Positions 54,833-63,417 of a DNA stretch of 64,000 nt are shown in pieces; within the stretch, counting starts at the first letter, position 1, and every line of letters begins with the position of its first letter. Source of the stretch: an uncultured Clostridia bacterium (GTDB lineage Bacteria > Bacillota > Dehalobacteriia > UBA4068); assembly GCA_944393575.1 (NCBI GenBank), contig CALYAP010000047.1, positions 1,058 to 65,057 of the forward strand. The letters run 5' to 3'. Made by a program: the position numbers and the translations under genes. Under the pieces are notes generated by a model. It had not been told where the DNA came from, searched no databases, and saw nothing but the letters and a program-made list of their open reading frames with translations.

Positions 54833-57100
54833 CTAAGAAAGGAAACGCATCATCATTGTAGCAACCTCCGCACGAGTAGCAAAGCCCCGAGGATCAAGAG
54901 CACCGCTAGGACGTCCAGTGATGATTTCTTCTGATACAGCCCATTGCATTGCCGATAAAGCCCAATCATGAATTGAAGAGGTATCGGTATATGAGCTAAG
55001 ATCAGCGGCAGCACTGATATCCTGGCCGGCAAAAGCAGCATAACGGTAGATGAAACAGGCAATCTCTTCTCTAGTCACATTTTGCAGTGGAGCAAAACGC
55101 CCATCACCAAATCCCTCAACAATACCATTAGCATCAGCCCATATAACTGCGGAGCTATACCATAATCCTGAGGCTACATCATTGAAAGCAACCTCGCCGG
55201 TTACAGCAGGCGAACCAGCCAAGCGATACAACACGGTAACGATCATAGCCCTATTCATATTACCATCCGGAGTAAAGCTGGTAGAACTAGTGCCGTTGAA
55301 AAGACCTTCACTAGCCACAAATTCTACAGCATCAAAATACCATGAAGTAGGCAGAACATCATCAAACGTATAGTTCCGTTTGACTGTTACAGGCAAACTA
55401 AAGCTGGTATCGCCGGCAGTAATGATGATTTGTCCTGAACCCTGAGCAACAGAGGCAGTAAAGACCCCATTATTATCGATAGTACCGATATCTCCACTCA
55501 CCTGCCATTGAAAACAACTATCGTCTGCCACCAACTCCAAGTGATTATATAGTGCAGTAGCATCTAAATCAATGCTCTGGCCAGTTTGAATTTCTAAAGT
55601 AGTCAATGATGCACCCGTAGCCGCGTTTTTAACGCCAATAGTATCTGGATCAGCAATTACCCGCACTGTAACTTCAGCAGATTCAACACCTGGGGCAGAA
55701 ACATCTAAAGTGCCAGTGGTATTATTGCTACTAGAAGCTATAAAAAGCCCATTAGCATCGACACTGCCTAGAGAAGAATCAACGCTATAATCCAAGTTAC
55801 TTGGCACAGCAGCAGCTAACCCATATTCATCCATAGCCAAAGCATAAAACTGCGTTTGGGCACCAGAGAGAATATTTAGGCTTAATGGATAAAGAGTGAG
55901 TTGAGCAGCATCGCCACTGCCCCTAGCAGTACTGACTAACATAATATAATTAGTTACTGAGCGTTGGCTGCCATCTGAAGGATTGTTAATCTGAGAAATA
56001 GAGCTTTCACCACCATAGACGGCATTGAGCGTAGTAGACCCACCGCCGTCAAGCAAGGTAGCTTCAGTGCATCCTAATTCTATTAAGCGGTTGGCCACCT
56101 GGTACATATTTGCACCAACGCTATGACCACTCTGACGGCCATCGATTGTATAAAGGATCACTTCCCCATTGGGTTTTAAGCCAACTGCAGTACGAGGTGC
56201 AGAGCTATTATCAAGACCAGATTCTACTACACCATTAGTTACCAATTTGTAGAGAGAGCCAATGGCGTATTCTACGTCTTCCCAGCCATCAGCACAACTA
56301 ATATCGATAGTAATAGTATCGCCTTCCTCTAGAGCATCCATACCCGACTGACTCCAAGCTGGAGCATCATCAGCTAAGGTAAGTATTAATTCTCCTTCTT
56401 GTAAAGATATCGGTTCGCTGGTATGGATAATCTCCTGTACCTCTAAAGTAAGCGTACAATTAGTTGTAAGCTCTCCTCCATCAACTATAGTAAGAATAGC
56501 ATTACGTCCAGGAGTAGTGGTGCGGGTTGTATAAGAGTAATCTTCTGTCAATAAGACAAAATACTGGGATCCACGTGTTTTATTTACAGCGCCAAGAGTG
56601 TACTCATTCCCATCGATGAAGATGCTCATCCGCATTGCGGGTTTACCCATAATCGCACTACCATCATCATAAAAACCAATAGCATAGTGCCCGCCATCTG
56701 ATGAACGGAGTATCCCATCAGTTACTACAATGCCTAGCGGCTGATAATCAGCAGTATTGTAATAATCGCCATTGATACCACCCAGCACAGTATAGCCTTG
56801 ATTTTCTAGCAGTGCAGCCATACTAGAAAAATTGCCATAATTAAGTACTTTAGAGCCATAGACAACTACAGGAAAGACCTGCGACTCTCCATCATAAACT
56901 AAATAATTCTCAGTGCGGTAATCACTGCCAGTCCAAAAAATATTGCGCGTCAATTGCACTCCGCCGGCTGAGACAGCCTCATAACCATCTATTTGCTCTC
57001 CCATTACAGAAGCTTGGGCAGGCAGTGCTGGCAACAAGCAAAACAACATCACCAATATTATCAGTATTAAGGGCATTTTAAGTCGTTGGCATCTATCCAT
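54833..57100 (-). CDS. Large cell-wall protein. Signal peptide, phosphodiester-glycosidase-like (NAGPA/DUF2233-like) region, Ig-like repeats, three C-terminal SLH domains
   Basis: C-terminal triplet of SLH motifs (FDDV...W....V...G...G, FNDV...WY..AV.WA...G...G, ...TRAEVATMMMRF). GAGGAGG RBS. 755 aa. Confidence 0.7.
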   Translation of the reverse strand: MDRCQRLKMPLILIILVMLFCLLPALPAQASVMGEQIDGYEAVSAGGVQLTRNIFWTGSDYRTENYLVYDGESQVFPVVVYGSKVLNYGNFSSMAALLENQGYTVLGGINGDYYNTADYQPLGIVVTDGILRSSDGGHYAIGFYDDGSAIMGKPAMRMSIFIDGNEYTLGAVNKTRGSQYFVLLTEDYSYTTRTTTPGRNAILTIVDGGELTTNCTLTLEVQEIIHTSEPISLQEGELILTLADDAPAWSQSGMDALEEGDTITIDISCADGWEDVEYAIGSLYKLVTNGVVESGLDNSSAPRTAVGLKPNGEVILYTIDGRQSGHSVGANMYQVANRLIELGCTEATLLDGGGSTTLNAVYGGESSISQINNPSDGSQRSVTNYIMLVSTARGSGDAAQLTLYPLSLNILSGAQTQFYALAMDEYGLAAAVPSNLDYSVDSSLGSVDANGLFIASSSNNTTGTLDVSAPGVESAEVTVRVIADPDTIGVKNAATGASLTTLEIQTGQSIDLDATALYNHLELVADDSCFQWQVSGDIGTIDNNGVFTASVAQGSGQIIITAGDTSFSLPVTVKRNYTFDDVLPTSWYFDAVEFVASEGLFNGTSSTSFTPDGNMNRAMIVTVLYRLAGSPAVTGEVAFNDVASGLWYSSAVIWADANGIVEGFGDGRFAPLQNVTREEIACFIYRYAAFAGQDISAAADLSSYTDTSSIHDWALSAMQWAVSEEIITGRPSGALDPRGFATRAEVATMMMRFLS

Positions 57101-57202
57101 ATTGTCCTCCTCTATTTAGTAGCAAATCAGCCAAATTCTTTTCTTATCATACCAGATTTGACAATAAATTACCAGACAAGGTCAGCAGGGAAATTATTAT
57201 CG

Positions 57203-57239
57203 TATCCTAAACTATTATCAAACTGCTGATAATAGGATA
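57203..57239. promoter_or_regulatory. Imperfect palindrome, candidate operator upstream of the SLH-protein gene
   Basis: TATCCTaaacTATTATCA-aactgc-TGATAATAGGATA. Confidence 0.3.
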
Positions 57240-57278
57240 ACTGTTTTCCTCTTAATTATTTTATGCTAAACACATAAA

Positions 57279-57303
57279 GGGCAGGCATAATAATATGCCT
57301 GCC
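57279..57303. other. Perfect 10-bp hairpin GGCAGGCATA-ataa-TATGCCTGCC in the SLH-gene upstream region
   Basis: Seen directly. No clean T-tract on either side, so it is either a weak terminator or a structural element. Confidence 0.4.
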
Positions 57304-57331
57304 ACATAAATTCCATTAACAATATATTGCG

Positions 57332-57454
57332 CTAGTTATTTTCAGATATATTATTGCTAATTTTTTCTTTTTTACCTATCAGATCATCTTGATGTTCAAA
57401 CAACAAATTATACTTTTGATTATACCATTGAATTTTGGGGAAATTCTCCTTCAT
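57332..57454 (-). CDS. Possible 40-aa small ORF (MKENFPKIQWYNQKYNLLFEHQDDLIGKKEKISNNISENN)
   Basis: ATG preceded by a GAGGTGA RBS at 6-nt spacing. The hairpin lies about 30 nt downstream of the stop. No homology can be assessed. Confidence 0.25.
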   Translation of the reverse strand: MKENFPKIQWYNQKYNLLFEHQDDLIGKKEKISNNISENN

Positions 57455-57533
57455 CTTAATCACCTCAAGAGTAGTTTACGTATTAATAGCTAAAAATAAA
57501 CGACATTAGCGAATTTCATTAAATTGTAAGATG

Positions 57534-58076
57534 TCAATTTTTGATATATGGCAACAAGCGTTTGCTAATAAAAATTGCCAGGAGCATCTTTAAGATATCT
57601 GGGAGAATAAAGGGAAAAACGCAAAGACTAAGTGCTGTCAACCACCCTACAGGTTCTGTAGTTTGCGCATAGACAAGCAAATACCAAATGGTGCCAAAAG
57701 CATAACAGGCTATAGTTCCCAACAGCATCGCAATAAATAAAATCATCTTGCCATTGCCAAAGCGGTGAATAAAAGCACCCATTATTAACGATAAAAAAAT
57801 GAAGCCAATAATATACCCGCCAGTCGGTCCAGCTAAAACTCCCAGCCCGGCCCTAAACCCACTAAACACAGGAACTCCCACCAGGCCTAAAAGAATATAA
57901 ACACAAATAGCAGCTAAACCCCTCTTCCAACCTAATAGGGTAACGGTTAAATAAACAGCAAAAGTCTGCAAAGTAAATGGGACTACGGTGGGGATAGCTA
58001 TCCAAGAGCAAATAGCGATAAGCACGGCAAAGAGAGCAATATAAACTAAATTCAAAGTTTTTATTCTGACAGCCAT
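57534..58076 (-). CDS. bioY: Biotin transporter BioY (ECF S-component)
   Basis: 180 aa, six TM helices, BioY-like N-terminal region. GAGGAG RBS. Confidence 0.85.
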   Translation of the reverse strand: MAVRIKTLNLVYIALFAVLIAICSWIAIPTVVPFTLQTFAVYLTVTLLGWKRGLAAICVYILLGLVGVPVFSGFRAGLGVLAGPTGGYIIGFIFLSLIMGAFIHRFGNGKMILFIAMLLGTIACYAFGTIWYLLVYAQTTEPVGWLTALSLCVFPFILPDILKMLLAIFISKRLLPYIKN

Positions 58077-58121
58077 GGCAAACTCCTCTCAACAGATGAT
58101 GAGAGTATATCATGGGCCGCA

Positions 58122-58171
58122 ACAATTGTCAACTTATGAAGTTGTAATTGGTGACAATTGCAACTTATTCA
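58122..58171. promoter_or_regulatory. Direct and inverted repeats upstream of bioY, candidate BirA operator(s)
   Basis: ACAATTGTCAACTTATGAA ... gttgtaattggtg ... ACAATTG-CAACTTATTCAA. Also half-sites TTGTCAAC / GTGACAA. About 50-100 nt upstream of the bioY start. Confidence 0.4.
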
Positions 58172-58264
58172 AAACACTAAATAACGGCTTATGGGTTAGT
58201 TTACTATATGAGATAAGCAAACATATATCATAATAGGTTCATAAAATATCTGTTATTATCAAAA

Positions 58265-58702
58265 TCACTTGTCCATATAATTACTGACTAAATATTTTAG
58301 GGCCTCACTATACCCGGCAAAGCCAAGTCCACAATATGTTTTCTCACAAGCCATGCCTGCATAAGAGATATGGCGAAATTCCTCGCGCTGATGAATGTCG
58401 CTTAGGTGAACCTCTACCGTAGGAAGTGAAACTGCTTTCAAGGCATCAAGGATAGCAACACTAGTATGAGTATAGGCAGCAGGATTAATGATAATGGCAT
58501 CTACCCTATTATAGGCACCCTGAATAGCATCTACCAAATCACCCTCATGATTAGACTGGTAAAATTCCACATCTACTCCTAATTTTTTAGCAGTCTTTTC
58601 TATATAAGATAATAACGCCTCGTAACTTTCATCTCCATAAATGTGTTTTTCTCTCAGGCCCAACAAATTGATATTAGGGCCGTTAATTACCAAAATTTTC
58701 AT
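58265..58702 (-). CDS. aroQ: 3-dehydroquinate dehydratase, type II
   Basis: MKILVINGPNINLLGLRE N-terminus. Start behind a GGAGGT RBS. Confidence 0.9.
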   Translation of the reverse strand: MKILVINGPNINLLGLREKHIYGDESYEALLSYIEKTAKKLGVDVEFYQSNHEGDLVDAIQGAYNRVDAIIINPAAYTHTSVAILDALKAVSLPTVEVHLSDIHQREEFRHISYAGMACEKTYCGLGFAGYSEALKYLVSNYMDK

Positions 58703-59942
58703 TTCTACCTCCACAAATAAGCGCTAAAATAGTCTGGACTGCTACTGCCAAAGATTCGTTATTATCAATAATTGCGTCAGCATAATGCCGATAAAGAGGA
58801 TAACGCTGCTGATAAAGCTGTTCCAAAGCTTTACCATCATCCGATAAAGGCCTTCCTGCTGTAGCCAGCGAAGATAACTCTCTTTCGATAAAATAGATTC
58901 GGCCATTTTGTTGCAAAGCAAGCATATTGACATCCCTTGTAACAGTGCCTCCGCCAGTGGCTATTACCAGCCCCTGGCGTTTACCAATCTCAGCGGCGAC
59001 CTCGCTTTCTATGCTACGGAAGGTCGCCTCACCTTGGTTTAAAATGATTTCCTCTGGAGTTAAACCAATTTTTTGGCTAATATATTGGTCAAAGTCAATG
59101 AATTCCCGTTGCATCAGTTGTGCTATCTGAGCCCCGATAGAACTTTTGCCACAACCGGGCATGCCAATCAAAACAATATTTTCTAACTCCAGCTCCAGCT
59201 GATGCAAAAGCTCTGCAGTTCGTTGCTCGGGTATCTTATTTCCCAAAAACATCTCAGCAGAACATCTGGCCTGTTCAACAAGCATAGTCAATCCACCGCA
59301 AGCAGGGATATGCAGCTTTTGTGCTGTCAAAACCAGTTTAGTGCGCAAAGGATTATAGATCATATCCAAAACCCCCTGACAGTCAGGCAAAGAAGTTATA
59401 TCTAGAGGAATATCATTATTATGGGGATACATCCCACAGGGGGTAGCGTTAATAATAATCTCTGCATCTCCATGCAGTCGGTAAACATTATTATAATCAA
59501 CTGAGCCATGCCTTGAGACAGTGATGATTTCTTTGGCGCCTAGATCTGCAGCAACTGCACCTGCCGTCAAGCTCGCGCCTCCGCTCCCTAATATAAGCAC
59601 CTTTTTCCTTTGCATATCGATGCCGGCGCTTTGTACCATCAGTTTAAAACCATCATAATCAGTATTATGCCCTACCATTTTACCATCACCACTGATAATA
59701 AGGGTATTAACACTGCCGATGCGCTTAGCCTGAGAAGTGAGCATATCACAATAAGGCATCACCGCTTTTTTATAGGGGATAGTTACATTTAGTCCGCGGA
59801 AATCACGTCGACGCAAAAAAGTGTCCAAGTCAGCTGGAGGTATCTCGAGCAACCGATAATCATAATCTCCTAGCAGCCGATGAATATGTGGAGAGAAACT
59901 ATGCGGCAAATGCTCCCCAAGCAGACCATAGTTAATGGTCAT
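58683..59942 (-). CDS. aroE: Fused shikimate dehydrogenase (AroE, N-terminal about 270 aa) and shikimate kinase (AroK, C-terminal about 150 aa)
   Basis: AroE motifs GLLGEHLPHSFSP, NVTIPYK and NTDYDGF. AroK motifs GMPGCGKSS Walker A and the GGG lid. Confidence 0.85.
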   Translation of the reverse strand: MTINYGLLGEHLPHSFSPHIHRLLGDYDYRLLEIPPADLDTFLRRRDFRGLNVTIPYKKAVMPYCDMLTSQAKRIGSVNTLIISGDGKMVGHNTDYDGFKLMVQSAGIDMQRKKVLILGSGGASLTAGAVAADLGAKEIITVSRHGSVDYNNVYRLHGDAEIIINATPCGMYPHNNDIPLDITSLPDCQGVLDMIYNPLRTKLVLTAQKLHIPACGGLTMLVEQARCSAEMFLGNKIPEQRTAELLHQLELELENIVLIGMPGCGKSSIGAQIAQLMQREFIDFDQYISQKIGLTPEEIILNQGEATFRSIESEVAAEIGKRQGLVIATGGGTVTRDVNMLALQQNGRIYFIERELSSLATAGRPLSDDGKALEQLYQQRYPLYRHYADAIIDNNESLAVAVQTILALICGGRNENFGN

Positions 59943-59944
59943 GC

Positions 59945-61087
59945 TTAGACCACCTCCGCATAATTGCCTAAGAAAACGAATAGCTCTGGAGAAGCCTCTA
60001 ACTCACCCAACATAGTCACCACTTCTGGGAAAAGGACCGAGGCGTCAAGGTCGAAATAGAAGATGAATTCAAAATCACTGCCCGGGATCGGACGGCTTTC
60101 CAATTTAGTTAAATTGATACCCAAAACCGCAAATTTAGCGATCAATCCATATAGCGCACCAGGACGGTGGGAGGTTGAAAGCATCAAACTGATCTTATTG
60201 GCGCCAGGATAGATCTCCAAATTTTTACTGATGCAAATGAAACGAGTATAATTATTATCATTATTTTGAACTTTATCTTCAATTACTTCCAAGCCATATA
60301 AATGAGCACAAGGCACAGAAGAAATAGCCGCTATATCCCGGCGGTCAGATTCTGCTACCATTTTAGCAGCAGCAGCGGTATTCTCACATATATTGATTTT
60401 AACATTTTTTAATCCCTTCAAAAACTGACTGCATTGGCCAATGGCCTGCTCATGAGAATAGATTTCAGTAATATCCTTCAGCGCAACGCCTTTTTTGGCT
60501 AATAGGCTATGACGGACACAGAGCTTGATACTTCTCACAATGTGGAACTTATAATTGCGCATCAAGTCATATACCTCGCCAACTGTACCGTTGGAGCTGT
60601 TTTCTATAGGAAGAATACCATACTGGCATAAGCCGCTGCTAACGGCTTGGAATACTCCCTCAAAATGACGGAAATACATGATATTAGGCATGGCAAACAG
60701 TTTATCACAAGCCTGCTGGGAATAAGCGCCTTCTACTCCTTGGCAGGCGACCGTACCTCTGGTAGGAAATAGTGATGGAGTATTTTCGATAGCCTGTTGG
60801 ATCTGACGAGCAAACTCACCATCACCTGCCAACAAATGAGTCTGGTAAGAGCGGCTTGCTTCAAAAATAGTCTGATACAGTACGCGAACATAGCTTTCCA
60901 TTTCAGCACCGGCTCTGGCTGTTACTCTTGAAATAACCTCCCGCTCACGGCTAACATTCATCACACCTAGTCCACTATCTTTTTTGCACCCGGCGATTTG
61001 TTTGGATAAATCCATTCTCTCAGTAAATAAATCCGTTAGTTGATCATCAATAGTGTCTATTTGCGATCTTAATTTTTCTAAATCCAT
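59945..61087 (-). CDS. pheA: Bifunctional chorismate mutase/prephenate dehydratase (CM_2, PDT and ACT domains)
   Basis: N-terminal CM_2 helix (LRSQIDTIDDQLTDLFTERMDLSKQI), PDT TRF/ESRP motifs, a C-terminal ACT domain. Start set at MDLEKL. Confidence 0.85.
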   Translation of the reverse strand: MDLEKLRSQIDTIDDQLTDLFTERMDLSKQIAGCKKDSGLGVMNVSREREVISRVTARAGAEMESYVRVLYQTIFEASRSYQTHLLAGDGEFARQIQQAIENTPSLFPTRGTVACQGVEGAYSQQACDKLFAMPNIMYFRHFEGVFQAVSSGLCQYGILPIENSSNGTVGEVYDLMRNYKFHIVRSIKLCVRHSLLAKKGVALKDITEIYSHEQAIGQCSQFLKGLKNVKINICENTAAAAKMVAESDRRDIAAISSVPCAHLYGLEVIEDKVQNNDNNYTRFICISKNLEIYPGANKISLMLSTSHRPGALYGLIAKFAVLGINLTKLESRPIPGSDFEFIFYFDLDASVLFPEVVTMLGELEASPELFVFLGNYAEVV

Positions 61088-61114
61088 AGTACTTTCGCTC
61101 CTTATCATGAAAAT

Positions 61115-62215
61115 TTAGTTTATACTTTGATATTCGCTATCCAGTAACAAATCCAATAAAACAAATCCAGTAACCGCCTCCAAACAAGGCAAGGCCCGCT
61201 GTACAATGCAAGGGTCATGCCTGCCTTTGATAGCCAACTGTGTTTGAGCCATCGTTTTAGTATTTAGTGTTGCTTGCGGTTGGCTGATTGATGGAGTAGG
61301 CTTTATTGCTGCTCTAAATATTAACGGCATTCCACTAGTAATGCCCCCTAAGATGCCACCATGATGGTTGCTCATAGTAGTAATTCTGCCATCAACAAAG
61401 TAAAAAGCATCATTATGTTCACTACCATGCATGCTTGCCGCAGCAAAACCGCTGCCGAATTCTATGCCCTTTACTGCCGGAATAGCAAACATCGCAGCAG
61501 AAATTCTGTTTTCCACACCATCAAACATTGGGCTCCCTAGACCAGCAGGAACCCCTATGGCAAAAACTTCAATCACTCCGCCAACTGAGTCTCCTGCCTC
61601 TTTAGCGCTACGAATTTCTTGCTGCATTCTTTCACCGGCGGCATTATCAAAAACGGGAAAATCTTTTACGCTAAAGTCCATTAATAATTGCGGATTCAGG
61701 CAATTATCAGCAATAGGAGCATCTTTTTCACCGCCAATTGACCAAAGATGAGCCCCCACAGTAATGCCGCGCCTGGCAAGTATCTGCAAACAAATCCCTC
61801 CTGCCGCAGTCAAAGGAGCAGTTAAACGCCCAGAAAAATGGCCTCCTCCGCGAGGATCATTGTATTCATGATAGCGTACTTTAGCAGAATAATCCGCATG
61901 GCCTGGGCGGGGAATATCACGTAACTGCTCATAATCATGGGAACGGGTATCGCTATTTGCAATAAGCAGGCATAACGGGGCGCCGCAAGTTTTCCCCTGG
62001 TACAATCCAGAGACAATCTCTACCCTATCCCTTTCCTGGCGTGCAGTAGAATACTCATCTCTACCAGGAGAGCGCCGGTCTACAAATTTCTGTAGCGCTG
62101 ACAAGTCTATCTCTTCACCAACAGGCAGACCATCGATCACAGCGCCAATCATTTGTCCATGAGACTGGCCAAAAATTGATATCCGCAAATTTTTACCATA
62201 ACTAGAGGACATCAA
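61115..62215 (-). CDS. aroC: Chorismate synthase
   Basis: GQSHG and RSSARET-like (RHDPC) motifs. 366 aa. Confidence 0.95.
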   Translation of the reverse strand: MMSSSYGKNLRISIFGQSHGQMIGAVIDGLPVGEEIDLSALQKFVDRRSPGRDEYSTARQERDRVEIVSGLYQGKTCGAPLCLLIANSDTRSHDYEQLRDIPRPGHADYSAKVRYHEYNDPRGGGHFSGRLTAPLTAAGGICLQILARRGITVGAHLWSIGGEKDAPIADNCLNPQLLMDFSVKDFPVFDNAAGERMQQEIRSAKEAGDSVGGVIEVFAIGVPAGLGSPMFDGVENRISAAMFAIPAVKGIEFGSGFAAASMHGSEHNDAFYFVDGRITTMSNHHGGILGGITSGMPLIFRAAIKPTPSISQPQATLNTKTMAQTQLAIKGRHDPCIVQRALPCLEAVTGFVLLDLLLDSEYQSIN

Positions 62216-63407
62216 AATTACCTCCTAATTGTTGATAATCTTGCCAAAAATCAGGGTATGATTTGGCTACTGCCTCTGCTCCATGGATCACGATCGGCTT
62301 TTGAGCAACAAGTGCAGCGATCGCCCAAGACATAACCAAACGATGATCATTATAACCATCGACATCGCCACCTTGGATAGTGCCACTATGAACAGTCAAG
62401 CCATCCGGCTGTTCGGCAACAGCAATGCCTAAATCAGTCAACCCCTGTGCAACAGCGGAGATGCGGTCGCTCTCCTTTAATCTCAGTCTTGCGGCATTAA
62501 TGAAATGTGTCTCACCAGGAGCATAAGTAGCTAAAACAGCCAAAATCGGCATCAGATCAGGACAATTAGCAACATCAATATTCGTCCCATTTCCCAGCTT
62601 GGATATTAACGATTCAATAACCCGGTCTGGTTGAGCGGAAAGGTCATTCAAGCCAGTGATCTTTATACTGCTGCCCATTTTTTGAGCTACCAGCCAAAAA
62701 GCAGCATTAGACCAATCTCCTTCAATAGGATATGTCCCCGGAGAATGATACCCCAATGTCTCCACAGAATAGCTATTTGACTCTTTGCCTGTCTCAATGC
62801 CAAAACTATGCATTACATCACGAGTTAGCTCTACATAGCCAGCAGATTCTAACGGAGTGCTAAGCGTAATCTGGCTCTTAGTATCAAGAACAGCTGCTGC
62901 CAATAACAGACCGGAAACATATTGGGAGCTAATTTTCCCGGGTAATACAAACTCTCCGGCATGTAAATGACCGCTTACCCCCAAGGGGATCGAATGGCTG
63001 GAGCAAATACATCCATGAGATTCTAGCGCCATGCATAAATCTTCTAACGGGCGATCTGCTAATCTTCCTCTACCGGTAACAGAAAAATTATCGCTCAAAG
63101 CAGCAGCAATCGGCAAAATAAACCGCAAGGTGGTACCACTTTCTCCACAATCAAGTACCGTTCTATTTTGCACCTTAGTAATAGGTTTTACGGTTATTTC
63201 ACCATCGTTTGCTAATATTTCTCCACCTAATGCTTTAACGCAGTTGATAGTAGCTGCAATATCCTGAGAAATACTTGGCCGTGAGACTAATAATCTAGTG
63301 GGCTTATCAGACAAAGCTGCTGCCAAAATCGCCCGGTGCGCTGCTGATTTGGAAGGGATAGCGCCAATTTGACCGTTCAATTTTCCCGGATACACTTTGA
63401 TATCCAT
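62202..63407 (-). CDS. aroA: 3-phosphoshikimate 1-carboxyvinyltransferase (EPSP synthase)
   Basis: LPGSKS-like (IPSKSAAHRAIL) N-terminus, EPSP fold, 401 aa. Confidence 0.9.
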   Translation of the reverse strand: MDIKVYPGKLNGQIGAIPSKSAAHRAILAAALSDKPTRLLVSRPSISQDIAATINCVKALGGEILANDGEITVKPITKVQNRTVLDCGESGTTLRFILPIAAALSDNFSVTGRGRLADRPLEDLCMALESHGCICSSHSIPLGVSGHLHAGEFVLPGKISSQYVSGLLLAAAVLDTKSQITLSTPLESAGYVELTRDVMHSFGIETGKESNSYSVETLGYHSPGTYPIEGDWSNAAFWLVAQKMGSSIKITGLNDLSAQPDRVIESLISKLGNGTNIDVANCPDLMPILAVLATYAPGETHFINAARLRLKESDRISAVAQGLTDLGIAVAEQPDGLTVHSGTIQGGDVDGYNDHRLVMSWAIAALVAQKPIVIHGAEAVAKSYPDFWQDYQQLGGNFDVL

Positions 63408-63417
63408 ATTTACCTCC

